Virus genome (UHGV): UHGV-0159558
DNA length: 39,313 bases
Strand: one strand, 5' to 3'
From: a virus
Under the pieces are notes generated by a model. That model was not told where the DNA came from. It worked only from the letters and a program-made list of their open reading frames with translations, and searched no databases. Numbering within the stretch: the first letter of the stretch is position 1; each line of letters starts with the position of its first letter. This document shows, piece after piece, positions 27,507 through 36,026 of this stretch. Made by a program: the position numbers and the translations under genes.

Positions 27507-29843
27507 ATGGCAACAATAGATTTAGGACTTGTAAGAGGTAAAGATGGTCTTAATGTAAAAGAATTGAGATTAAAAGAATCAACAGACACTCAAAACGTAT
27601 ATGAGGTTGTTTTAAGTGATGATAGTGTAGCAGGGCAAGTTACAGTACCAGCAGGGAAACAAGGACCTCAAGGGATTCAAGGGGTTAAAGGTGAAACAGG
27701 AGCTCGTGGAGCTAATGGAGCTGATGGAGCTCAAGGGGTTGGAATTTCTAAAATTGCATTTAAAAATGAAAATCTTGATGGTAGCTTTATATACGCAGTT
27801 ACTCTTACAAATAATCAAACATATGAAATAACGTGTCCAATAGGTCCTAAAGGGGATAGAGGAGATACAGGTAGTGCTGGGGCTAAAGGTGAAGCAGGAG
27901 CTCAAGGGGTTGGAATTTCTAGGATAGCATACAAAAATACAAATCAGGATGGTAGTTATGTATATACAGTTTCTCTTACTAACGGAACATCACACGAAAT
28001 AACATGTCCAATAGGTCCTAAAGGTAGCACTGGTGGTGCTGGTCCACAAGGTCCTAAAGGGGACGCTGGAGTTCAGGGGGTTCAAGGGGTTGGAATTACT
28101 AATGTCAGATACAAACAAACGTCAAGTAATGGAAGCTATATCTATACAATAGTTTTATCAAATGGAAACACATATGATATTACATGTCCAATAGGTCCTA
28201 AAGGGGATAAAGGAGACGATGGAGATACTAGTAGTATAACTTTAACATGGAGTGCTATACAAAATAAACCAACAACATTCCCATCAACTTGGAGTGAAAT
28301 AACAGGAAAACCTAGTTCGTTCCCTCCATCAGCTCATAATCAAGATTGGGGCACAATAACTGGTATACCTGGCACATTTACACCATCGCCTCATAAACAT
28401 TCTAAAATAGATATAACAGATTTTCCAGAAATTCCAAAACCTATATCTGCACTTCCAATAGGAACTATAATTCCTTATGTAGGAGGTTCGATACCACTTG
28501 GATTTTTGCTATGTGATGGTAGAGAGATAAAACAATTTGATTATCCATTATTATATAATTTACTTCCAACAGGTTGGAGTATAAACGAAGCTGGATTTAG
28601 ACGTATGGCTAAAATGGAAATTCCAGCAATGCAAAGTGCAAGTCAAAATGGATTCACTGTAACAGAAAGTAGCAAATGGCAAGATTCGGAAGCAGGTTGG
28701 AAAATATTTAATAGAAAATATTTTGATTATTTTTCAACAGCCGATGGTAATGCTAGTGGTTATGTAGAAATAAGTTATCCTGAAAAAAGAGCAGTTAGCA
28801 AAATAATTTTTAAAGCTAGAGATAGAGAAGCTAATTCAAAATGGAAAAGAGTTGCTTTTTATGGTGATGATAAAAAACTTTGGGAAGAAAGTTTTGTTTC
28901 AACTTCTCCTCAAACTAATAAAGTTTTTGAAAGAGAACTACCTTTTAATGAGACTATTGAAGAATACAATAGGTTTAAAATAGAAATAGAAGGAGAAAAT
29001 ACAGAGGTTATTTCGCTTTCAGAACTAGAAATATATACTGTTAATCTAAAAGACATTCCTATATCATCAAATCTACAAACTAAAAAGTATCTTCCAGATT
29101 TAAGAGGTAAGTTTTTAAAAGGAAATACAAGTGATAGAAAATTACTAAGTTTCGAATATCAAGGCGTAGGCAAGCACAAACATAAAGAGATTCTTAATGG
29201 TTGGGAAAATATTGATTCTTTAAATGCTGAGTTTATAGACTTGAAACCTTTAGTTACTGGGTTGACGTCTGAGAAAGATGAAAACGTTGGTTATGGCGAT
29301 AATGCAACTGTGTTAAGAACAGGAGATGAACTGGCAACAGGTGATGAAAACGTTCCTAACAATATTTCTGTTAACTACATAATTAAAGCTTTAAATGTAG
29401 ATGATGAAGTACCTCCAAGTTCTGTTTTAACAGAGATTAATAATAAAATAGAAAACAATAAAACAGATATTGAAGAATTAAGAGAAAACATAAATGTTTT
29501 AGACGGCAATACAAACTATGAAACAGTAGAGTTATTCTCTTCGCAAGTTGCTATACCAGATAAAATCACTTTAAATGAAAGTATAAAGAATTTTAGACAA
29601 ATTGAAATTTGGACTTGTTTTAATGAAAGAAATTACAAAGTGTCGCATTTATTAAATACAGATACTATAACTTATAGTGATTCCGAAACAAGTGCAACTC
29701 AAAACTCTATGAATAGATATTTTTTTGAAACCTTTGGAAATAGATATACTTTTGCTATTTTCAAAACAAATGGTACAGATGTATTAGTAGCTAATTATGA
29801 AACTGCTTGTATAACTAAAATAATAGGAATTGGAAGAAAATAA
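27507..29843 (+). CDS. tail fibre or receptor-binding protein with collagen-like segments and a triplicated 57-aa module
   Basis: G-X-Y runs interleaved with three copies of GVGIS[KR]IA[FY]KN...G[ST][FY][IV]Y[AT]V[TS]LTN...[EH]ITCPIGPKG. Long beta-rich C-terminal domain. Confidence 0.6.
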   Translation: MATIDLGLVRGKDGLNVKELRLKESTDTQNVYEVVLSDDSVAGQVTVPAGKQGPQGIQGVKGETGARGANGADGAQGVGISKIAFKNENLDGSFIYAVTLTNNQTYEITCPIGPKGDRGDTGSAGAKGEAGAQGVGISRIAYKNTNQDGSYVYTVSLTNGTSHEITCPIGPKGSTGGAGPQGPKGDAGVQGVQGVGITNVRYKQTSSNGSYIYTIVLSNGNTYDITCPIGPKGDKGDDGDTSSITLTWSAIQNKPTTFPSTWSEITGKPSSFPPSAHNQDWGTITGIPGTFTPSPHKHSKIDITDFPEIPKPISALPIGTIIPYVGGSIPLGFLLCDGREIKQFDYPLLYNLLPTGWSINEAGFRRMAKMEIPAMQSASQNGFTVTESSKWQDSEAGWKIFNRKYFDYFSTADGNASGYVEISYPEKRAVSKIIFKARDREANSKWKRVAFYGDDKKLWEESFVSTSPQTNKVFERELPFNETIEEYNRFKIEIEGENTEVISLSELEIYTVNLKDIPISSNLQTKKYLPDLRGKFLKGNTSDRKLLSFEYQGVGKHKHKEILNGWENIDSLNAEFIDLKPLVTGLTSEKDENVGYGDNATVLRTGDELATGDENVPNNISVNYIIKALNVDDEVPPSSVLTEINNKIENNKTDIEELRENINVLDGNTNYETVELFSSQVAIPDKITLNESIKNFRQIEIWTCFNERNYKVSHLLNTDTITYSDSETSATQNSMNRYFFETFGNRYTFAIFKTNGTDVLVANYETACITKIIGIGRK
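27735..28205 (+). repeat. three tandem ~171-bp coding repeats inside the tail-fibre gene
   Basis: Repeat starts at nt 27735, 27906 and 28086, derived from the protein repeat positions. Confidence 0.55.
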
Positions 29844-29845
29844 AA

Positions 29846-30289
29846 ATGGAGGAAATTATGAAAACATCAGATAAAGGTATTGAGTTCATTATCAAAGAAG
29901 AGGGAGAAGTCCTACACGCTTATAGATGTCAAGCTGGAGTGTGGACAATAGGAGTAGGGCACACTGGAGGAGTTACACCAGATATGAAAATAACCAAAGA
30001 ACAGTCAAGACAACTTTTAAAAGCTGACTTATGTAGATTTGAAAAGGCAGTTAATGAAACTATTAAACACGAACTTCTTCAGCATCAATTTGATGCACTC
30101 GTAAGCTTTAGTTTTAATGTAGGAACTCAAGCTTTTATAAACTCAACGCTAGCTAAAAAAATAAATGCTAACGCACCATATAATGAAATTAGAGAACAGT
30201 TCCTAAGATGGAATAAAGCTGGAGGAAGAGTTCTTGCAGGACTTACAAGTAGAAGAAAAAGAGAAGCGAAACTATATTATGGAGAGTGA
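29846..30289 (+). CDS. phage lysozyme (GH24 muramidase endolysin)
   Basis: GIEFIIKEEGEVLHAYRCQAGVWTIGVGHT...QFDALVSFSFNVG...FLRWNKAGGRVLAGLTSRRKREAKL closely matches the T4/lambda-type lysozyme signature (E-x8-D/C-x5-T catalytic region, FLRWNKAGG). True start is probably ATG 29858 after GGAGGA. Confidence 0.85.
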   Translation: MEEIMKTSDKGIEFIIKEEGEVLHAYRCQAGVWTIGVGHTGGVTPDMKITKEQSRQLLKADLCRFEKAVNETIKHELLQHQFDALVSFSFNVGTQAFINSTLAKKINANAPYNEIREQFLRWNKAGGRVLAGLTSRRKREAKLYYGE

Positions 30290-30293
30290 TTAA

Positions 30294-30464
30294 ATGAATG
30301 TTGTTATATCATTCTTAAAGTACTTTATATGCAAATGGTTTGGAACTGTAGCAGTTGAAAAAATAGTAATTATATTACTGGGGGAACTTGTTAAAAGAAC
30401 AGATAGTAAAGTAGATGATGAACTCTATGAAGCTATATTCAAAAAAACACATGGTGATGTATAG
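30294..30464 (+). CDS. small hydrophobic protein (56 aa), holin-like candidate
   Basis: Immediately downstream of the lysozyme gene. MNVVISFLKYFICKWFGTVAVEKIVIILLGELV has one hydrophobic helix. Confidence 0.35.
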   Translation: MNVVISFLKYFICKWFGTVAVEKIVIILLGELVKRTDSKVDDELYEAIFKKTHGDV

Positions 30465-30781
30465 TGCTACAAGACTTAGATTTGATAGTTACAGTTCTTG
30501 CAACATTATTTTCTGTAATAGCTACTTTTACAGCAGGGATTTTCACATATCACAAGTTTATTATAAGGACTATTGAGAATGTTAGAAAAGAAATGTATAA
30601 AGAGATCTCAAAATTAAAAGAAGATTCTGACGAAAGAGACAAGGAGATAAAAGAAAGTTTAAAGGATTTGAAGTCTGAACTCGGTAAAAGAGATGAGGAG
30701 CTAAAGTCTACAATTAAAGAAATGAAAGACGACCTAAAAGATGACTTGAATTTTTTAAGGGATAAATTTTTGTCTAATTAA
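30464..30781 (+). CDS. N-terminal TM helix plus coiled-coil protein (i-spanin-like or holin-associated)
   Basis: GTG start overlapping the upstream TAG. LIVTVLATLFSVIATFTAGIFTY is a TM helix. The remainder is a charged heptad-like coiled coil (EISKLKEDSDERDKEIKESLKDLKSELGKRDEELKSTIKEMKDDLKDDL). Confidence 0.4.
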   Translation: MLQDLDLIVTVLATLFSVIATFTAGIFTYHKFIIRTIENVRKEMYKEISKLKEDSDERDKEIKESLKDLKSELGKRDEELKSTIKEMKDDLKDDLNFLRDKFLSN

Positions 30782-30908
30782 AGAAAATGTGATATACTAA
30801 AAATGTTATTGCATAAATCAGAATTAAAGAAACGTACCAACAAAATAAAATAACAGTTTAAAACAACATGGGAGGAGCACATATAATAAAATTTTTGGGA
30901 GGAAATTA

Positions 30909-31064
30909 ATGAGTAGAAAAGATGTTACGAAAATATGCTTTAACACTAGCAAAAACATGGAGAGAAAAATTATCAAACTAGTTGAAAATGGGGATTTTAA
31001 TGAGACTAAATCTTCTATCATCAACAAGATATTAAAGAAATATTTTGAAGAGAAAAAAGTTTAA
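30909..31064 (+). CDS. ribbon-helix-helix (Arc/MetJ/CopG-like) small DNA-binding protein
   Basis: GGGAGGA RBS. KDVTKICFNTSKNMERKIIKLVENGDFNETKSSIINKILKKYF fits a beta-strand followed by two helices. Confidence 0.4.
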   Translation: MSRKDVTKICFNTSKNMERKIIKLVENGDFNETKSSIINKILKKYFEEKKV

Positions 31065-31080
31065 AAACAGTTAAAAACAG

Positions 31081-31112
31081 CACGCCTACTAAATTTGGTA
31101 GGCGTGTTTTTG
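31081..31112 (+). terminator. intrinsic terminator (CACGCCTAC-TAAATTTG-GTAGGCGTG + T5)
   Basis: 9-bp perfect stem plus T-run. Confidence 0.7.
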
Positions 31113-31200
31113 TATTATAAAATATTATTTAATTTTATTTTAAAGCATGAATTTCTTATAAGTTATACAATGAATATATCACTTATAAGGAGGTAATATT

Positions 31201-31785
31201 ATGGCAGAAGAATATGCAAGTAAAGGTGTAGCAGGTACTGGACTAGGTCTTGGAATAGCTGGTACAGCTTTAGGAATCTTAAATGGTTCTAATAATGGTA
31301 ATGGACTACTAGGAGGACTATTTGGAGGAAACTGTAACAATACCAATACTTTAGCTGGACTTGGAGCAGTAGCGGAACTTGGCAAAAAAGACGCAGAGAT
31401 AGCACAACTTAAAGCTGAAAAGTATGCAGATGGAGTAGGTATCAATACATTCAAAGAAGTACTTGGAATGTTTGAGAAAAAAGATGAAAAGTATGCTACT
31501 CTATTTGAAAATCTAAATAAAGAAGCGGTTGACAACAGAGTTAGACTAGCTCAACTTGGTTGTGAAATAGACAAAGTTAAGACTAACTTAGAGGGAGCTA
31601 TTGCTCTTGAAGCTGAAAGAAGAGCAGCAGGAGACCAAAACTTATATTGTTATGTAAATGCAACATTTGTTCCTGGAAAACTTGTAATGCCTTTAGATTC
31701 ATTATGTCCTGGTGCAATGCCTAGATATAATGCTTGGGAAGCTCCAACAGCAACTCAAACAACACCAGCTCCAGCAACTAAATAA
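31201..31785 (+). CDS. glycine-zipper membrane protein with coiled coil and Cys-containing, Pro/Thr-rich C-terminus (moron; exclusion or toxin-like candidate)
   Basis: AAGGAGG RBS. N-terminus GVAGTGLGLGIAGTALGILNGSNNGNGLLGGLFGG (GxxxG repeats). Locally GC-richer codon usage. Own terminator. Confidence 0.45.
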   Translation: MAEEYASKGVAGTGLGLGIAGTALGILNGSNNGNGLLGGLFGGNCNNTNTLAGLGAVAELGKKDAEIAQLKAEKYADGVGINTFKEVLGMFEKKDEKYATLFENLNKEAVDNRVRLAQLGCEIDKVKTNLEGAIALEAERRAAGDQNLYCYVNATFVPGKLVMPLDSLCPGAMPRYNAWEAPTATQTTPAPATK

Positions 31786-31791
31786 AAATAA

Positions 31792-31817
31792 ATAGGATAG
31801 CTAAGCTATCCTATTTT
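31792..31817 (+). terminator. hairpin ATAGGATAGC-TAA-GCTATCCTAT + TTT
   Basis: 10-bp perfect stem with a short T-run. Confidence 0.5.
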
Positions 31818-31831
31818 CATAAGGAGGACCA

Positions 31832-32152
31832 ATGAAACTAGCTGATATAGAACTAGGAATACTTAAATATATAAAACAAGAGGTAGCCTCTAAAGCTACA
31901 GGGATTAAAAAGTTTTTGATATATTCAGGGGTAGCTTTAGGAGCTGAAAAAGGAGAAAGAATGCTACAAGAATATCTTCCAACACTTCAAAACATGGGTC
32001 TAGTATCACCTGATGGAGATATAGATATTGATTCTTTATACAATGCTATGAAGATAGGAATAAAAGAAAGTGGGGATTTTATTTTTGGTGGTTTTAAATT
32101 TAATGAACAAGATGTAGACAAGTTATTTCAGTACATAAGAGGAGGAATGTAA
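31832..32152 (+). CDS. hypothetical protein (106 aa)
   Basis: AAGGAGG RBS. Confidence 0.4.
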   Translation: MKLADIELGILKYIKQEVASKATGIKKFLIYSGVALGAEKGERMLQEYLPTLQNMGLVSPDGDIDIDSLYNAMKIGIKESGDFIFGGFKFNEQDVDKLFQYIRGGM

Positions 32153-32153
32153 A

Positions 32154-32480
32154 ATGAAACACAAATTAAAAAGGCTTATATGGACAATAGAAGACCATAT
32201 AAAAGACAGTGGATATGATTTGAAAAACGCTAAAAGAGAAAAAGAAGAACAAGACACAGACATGGAAAACTTTTATATTCAATCTGCTAAGCAACGTCTT
32301 GATTGGGCAAATAAGGGCTTGGACAGATACGGTAATATAATAAGAGACTATGAGGCTAGAGAACGTCAAAATGGACATGATAGAGCCGTCATAGAAGAAA
32401 AAGCAATGGCATGGCGTTGCGTATATGAGATATTAGAAGAAAGAGTAAAACATTTAACCAAAGAAATCTCAGAGATGTAA
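32154..32480 (+). CDS. hypothetical protein (108 aa)
   Basis: AGGAGG RBS. Coupled to the upstream gene. Confidence 0.4.
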   Translation: MKHKLKRLIWTIEDHIKDSGYDLKNAKREKEEQDTDMENFYIQSAKQRLDWANKGLDRYGNIIRDYEARERQNGHDRAVIEEKAMAWRCVYEILEERVKHLTKEISEM

Positions 32481-32483
32481 AAC

Positions 32484-32509
32484 AAAAAGGGGCTTAATTG
32501 CCCCTTTTT
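32484..32509. terminator. bidirectional terminator (A5-GGGGC-TTAATT-GCCCC-T5) between convergent genes
   Basis: GC stem flanked by an A-run and a T-run. Confidence 0.7.
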
Positions 32510-32525
32510 CGCTCTACGTAAGCTT

Positions 32526-33197
32526 TTAAAGCTTCTTTACTAGGTCCGCCATCTCTTCTCTTAGTAGTTTTATAGCCGTTTCATGCTTGTAGATCTCATC
32601 ATTAATTTCCATTATCCTGTCTTGGATACTCTTTTCACTTTTAACATTTATCGTTTTGCTGGCGTCGGCAACTACCATTTTGTTGGCATCGGTAAAATGG
32701 TTACGAGCCTCTTTAATTCCTTTACCTGTTCTTACTTCTCCATCTAATACTTTAAACACTAATGCTGGAGGTGTAGCTTTATTAATAACCTCTTTTACCT
32801 CTACATCAGAAAGGGATTGTACCCTATCTTTATAGCTTGGATTCTCCAGATACAACCTATATCTACCCCTTAGTAAATACACTTGGTCCTTGTTGTACCC
32901 AAGCGTTGTGTACCACTCTGTAAAAGTTTCCTCAAGGTTATTTTTAGCAAATATCTCCCTTGCTTTTTCCAAAGTTCCCCCTAATGTTAGGGCAATTTCT
33001 CCAATTCTTTTTCTTTGATATAGAAGTTCTTTCTCATAAGTTATCAAAGAGTTCTTATCATCCGTATCTATCACGAGCCTATTATAGTCAAAATAAAGCT
33101 CCTCGGCTATTACTTGACTTATTGTATTACTTTCTTGTGAAAGGGCAGGAACGACCCTTTCACGACGTCTAAGAGCTTTGTTAAATTTACTTGCCAT
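32526..33197 (-). CDS. partition partner protein (ParB-like centromere-binding protein candidate)
   Basis: Immediately downstream of parA and overlapping it by 11 nt. Basic N-terminal tail MASKFNKALRRRERV. GGGAGA RBS. No canonical ParB GERRxRA motif recognised. Confidence 0.4.
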   Translation of the reverse strand: MASKFNKALRRRERVVPALSQESNTISQVIAEELYFDYNRLVIDTDDKNSLITYEKELLYQRKRIGEIALTLGGTLEKAREIFAKNNLEETFTEWYTTLGYNKDQVYLLRGRYRLYLENPSYKDRVQSLSDVEVKEVINKATPPALVFKVLDGEVRTGKGIKEARNHFTDANKMVVADASKTINVKSEKSIQDRIMEINDEIYKHETAIKLLREEMADLVKKL

Positions 33198-33921
33198 ATC
33201 TCAATATCTCCCTTGTTAAATTTTCAAAGTCAGTTGCACCATTTGACCTTGGTGAGTATTCAAATATAAACTGACCGCACATCTCCGCTTCTTTAAGTTT
33301 TATATTCTCTCTTATAAAACTTACTAACATATCATCACGATAATCAATCAAGAGCTCCCCAATACCCTCTAAAAACTTTTTGTCGTTGGGTACACGACTA
33401 AGATACCCTTTATGTATTAGATTAGGTTTTAGAGTACTTTTATGGCTTCCTATAAAAGACTCTAAAATATCGAATCCATCTAAGCTAAACGAGTGAGGCT
33501 CTATTGGTGTTAAAACTATATCACTTGCATTAATTGCATTAGTCTCAGGCTTTTTCATATCAGGACGGCAGTCAATAATCACAAAATCATAGTCGTTAAT
33601 CACTAAAAGCTGCTCTTTAATCACAAAATCAGATGTGATACTAACTTTTAAATCATCATCTAGGTTTCTCATTCTTAGATCTCCGGGTATCAAATCTAGG
33701 TTATCTGTTATCTTGACTATATTCCCTTTAAAATCCCTCTTCATAATAGCGTCATAAATATTTCGAGAGCTCTCGAAATTTAATGATGTACTAAGGTTTC
33801 TTTGAAAGTCTAAGTCTATAAGTAAAACCTTTTTATCTCTTTGTAACATTCCAGCTACTTCTCTAGCTCCTGTTGTCTTTCCTGTTCCACCCTTTTCAAC
33901 CATAAAACTAATTATTTTCAT
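33187..33921 (-). CDS. parA: ParA/Soj-family partition ATPase
   Basis: Deviant Walker A: VEKGGTGKTT. Also LLIDLDFQRNLS and VIIDCRPD motifs. GGGGG RBS. Confidence 0.8.
   Translation of the reverse strand: MKIISFMVEKGGTGKTTGAREVAGMLQRDKKVLLIDLDFQRNLSTSLNFESSRNIYDAIMKRDFKGNIVKITDNLDLIPGDLRMRNLDDDLKVSITSDFVIKEQLLVINDYDFVIIDCRPDMKKPETNAINASDIVLTPIEPHSFSLDGFDILESFIGSHKSTLKPNLIHKGYLSRVPNDKKFLEGIGELLIDYRDDMLVSFIRENIKLKEAEMCGQFIFEYSPRSNGATDFENLTREILRYGK
33760..33779. promoter_or_regulatory. 20-bp palindrome ATTTCGAGAGCTCTCGAAAT inside parA (copy 2 of the dispersed motif)
   Basis: Seen directly. Identical 18-bp core to 24351-24368. Confidence 0.5.
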
Positions 33922-34435
33922 TTTCTACCCCCTGTATTAAAGTAAGTATATTAAGAAATTGTTTTTCAAAATGCTCTACAATCTCTTTTCTCTCTTTATC
34001 ATCAAAGCAAATATCAGGTATTTTACTAAGTTTTTCACTAGCTTTATAATACCAGTCTAAGTACTCTTTATAATACTTGCTGGCGTTTTCAAGCTTTAAC
34101 TCCTCTTGAATTTCAACATCTCTTTTTTGGAGTTTGTATATTAATTCTTGTCCACACTCAGGCAAAATATATTTTATCGGTTCTTCTCTTTTTTCTTGCA
34201 TAAGAAACCAATATTTATTTTTAAATTTTTCCATTAATCTTTCTTTTTCGTGAGGTTCAAAATATATATCTGGAATTGCTTTTAATTTTTTTAAAGCATA
34301 ATGATACCAGTCAAGCTGTTTTTCTAACTCTACATTGTCTTTTAATCTTGTTCCTGATAATTTCTCATGCTCTTCTTTTAGTAATTCCAATCTTTTTTTG
34401 TAGTTTATTTTCATTACTCCACCCCTTTTAAACAA
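33908..34435 (-). CDS. hypothetical protein with an internal tandem duplication (175 aa)
   Basis: Two ~40-aa repeats: QLDWYHYALKKLKAIPDIYFEPHEKERLMEKFKNKYW and YLDWYYKASEKLSKIPDICFDDKERKEIVEHFEKQF. GGGGTGGAG RBS. Confidence 0.45.
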   Translation of the reverse strand: MFKRGGVMKINYKKRLELLKEEHEKLSGTRLKDNVELEKQLDWYHYALKKLKAIPDIYFEPHEKERLMEKFKNKYWFLMQEKREEPIKYILPECGQELIYKLQKRDVEIQEELKLENASKYYKEYLDWYYKASEKLSKIPDICFDDKERKEIVEHFEKQFLNILTLIQGVENENN

Positions 34436-35331
34436 GCTCTTATAAAATTAATATACATAGTTTTATTATTTCTTTTCATAGTTTCAATAAAGCCTTTATC
34501 CATTCCATCAGATATTAATTTTTCAAGTCCTTTTTCTTCTTCCTCTGGTGTAAGGTCTTCAGGTTCTACAATTTTTATATCTTCAATTTCTTCTTTCTTT
34601 ACTTCTTTTTTAGGCTTTTTCTTTGGCTCTTCTTTTATTATTTCAGGTTCTTTTATATCCCAATGTAATATGACTTTATCAACTTCTTTTCCTGCTCTTT
34701 TTCTCTCCAGTTCTAAGTTTATTATATTAGTTTTTTCAAATTCTTTTTTAGTCACCCCTATAACCTTAGCTTCGACATCTGCCCATCTATATGATTCAGG
34801 AACATTTAATAAGTGCCTGAAAAACTCTCCTGAATATTCTTTCTTTTTTAGCCCTTTATAGCTCATCACAATTTGATATATTTTTTTAGCATATTTACCC
34901 TTTAGACTTGCAAATTCTAAAAGCTCATGTTGGGTAAAATTTCCAGTAAGATTAAAAAACAAATGAATATATTTCTTTTTAAGAACAAAAATAATCTTTT
35001 TATTATCTTTGCTGAAACATAGCTTATCAAATATATGTTCACAAACATTATACTCATCTTCCTCAAAGTAAATTTTAGTATCATAAATTTTCTCTAGTGA
35101 TTCTGTTAATCTCTTCATAGAAACATTACCTTGAAGTAATTTTTTTATAGCTTGTGAGGATAATTCTAATTCTAAATCTTTATCTACTGCCACATTCATG
35201 TGGTCGGTAACTTTTTTTCTTGCTGAGTAAGCTAAAGTTAATACTAAATCCATTTCATAAGCTGAATAATTATTCATAGAAGTAGCAAAATCTTTACTAT
35301 ACTCTACTATTGCATTTGATTCTTTTTCCAT
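34414..35331 (-). CDS. Rep_3-family theta-replication initiator (RepB-like)
   Basis: NNYSAYEMDLVLTLAYSARKK matches the Rep_3 N-terminal signature (N.L..A.Y.LSL.E.RL.L.L). The true start is ATG 35331 with a GGGG RBS. Iterons lie 270 bp upstream. Lys/Glu-rich C-terminus. Confidence 0.6.
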   Translation of the reverse strand: MEKESNAIVEYSKDFATSMNNYSAYEMDLVLTLAYSARKKVTDHMNVAVDKDLELELSSQAIKKLLQGNVSMKRLTESLEKIYDTKIYFEEDEYNVCEHIFDKLCFSKDNKKIIFVLKKKYIHLFFNLTGNFTQHELLEFASLKGKYAKKIYQIVMSYKGLKKKEYSGEFFRHLLNVPESYRWADVEAKVIGVTKKEFEKTNIINLELERKRAGKEVDKVILHWDIKEPEIIKEEPKKKPKKEVKKEEIEDIKIVEPEDLTPEEEEKGLEKLISDGMDKGFIETMKRNNKTMYINFIRACLKGVE

Positions 35332-35363
35332 TCTAACCCCTTTCTTTAAAATTGTAATCATAG

Positions 35364-35389
35364 TGTGAAAAAAATAATAAATTTTCACG
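35364..35389. promoter_or_regulatory. inverted repeat GTGAAAA-N12-TTTTCAC in the rep promoter region (autoregulation operator candidate)
   Basis: Seen directly. Related TTTTCACAC(TT) partial iterons are at 35447 and 35561. Confidence 0.35.
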
Positions 35390-35602
35390 CTTAATTAAAT
35401 ATACAATATTTTTTAAATAAAATCTACCCAAAAATTAGGTTTTTTTCACACTTTAAAGTACGACATTTTGTAACAAATGTTGGAATATAAATTTTAATTA
35501 TAAATAAGTAATAACCACATTTTATATTCAATGAGTGAAAAAAGCAACAATTTTTCACATTACATTATAAACATCTTTAATACTTTAGAAGTAAAAACAG
35601 TT

Positions 35603-35728
35603 CTGACAAAACGTCACACTTTGCTGACAAAACTTCACACTTCACTGACAAAACTTCACACTTCACTGACAAAACTTCACACTTTGCTGACAAAACGTCA
35701 CGGAAAACTGACAAAACTTCACTTTTAT
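35603..35728. repeat. iteron array: six contiguous 21-bp direct repeats (consensus CTGACAAAACTTCACACTTCA); origin of theta replication
   Basis: Units start at 35603, 35624, 35645, 35666, 35687 and 35708. The central copies are perfect; the outer ones degenerate. Head-to-tail with no spacers, so not a CRISPR array. Confidence 0.8.
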
Positions 35729-35894
35729 GTCGCTAAAGTCCTTGATTTTAGGGAAGTCTTGAGCCTCTTAAACTATATAAACTTATAAACTTATAAATAG
35801 GTAAAATTTTTTCACTTTATTTTTTAAATAATGTGACAAAATGGTACCCTATCACTTGAACTTCCCATCAAAATTTAATTTTTACATATTAAGT

Positions 35895-36026
35895 TTGACA
35901 CAATTTAATATGTATGGTATTATTAAAGTAGCTTTAAAGCCGTTTTATCCTCACAAGATAAAACAAACCCAAAAACCAAACTGTAATCAGAAAGCCTATC
36001 ACCCAATAGGCTTTCTTCTTTTTTTG
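35895..36026 (+). ncRNA. candidate small RNA: TTGACA-17-TATTAT promoter, ~95-nt transcript with two hairpins ending in an intrinsic terminator
   Basis: -35 at 35895-35900 and -10 at 35918-35923. Hairpin GTTTTATC-CTCACAA-GATAAAAC (35943-35965). Terminator GAAAGCCTAT-CACCCA-ATAGGCTTTC + T-run (35990-36026). No coding ORF with an RBS. Confidence 0.4.

Noticed and set aside
30824-31027. 67-aa minus-strand hydrophobic ORF
   Set aside because: Antisense to the RHH gene, which has a strong GGGAGGA RBS. No RBS of its own.
31179-31535. 118-aa minus-strand ORF
   Set aside because: Antisense shadow of the GC-richer glycine-zipper gene.
35531-35788. 85-aa ORF with a repetitive LTKLHTSLTK peptide, and a CRISPR-like regular repeat pattern
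   Set aside because: It is the iteron array read as protein. The repeats are contiguous 21-mers with no spacers, so it is not a CRISPR array, and no RBS is present.
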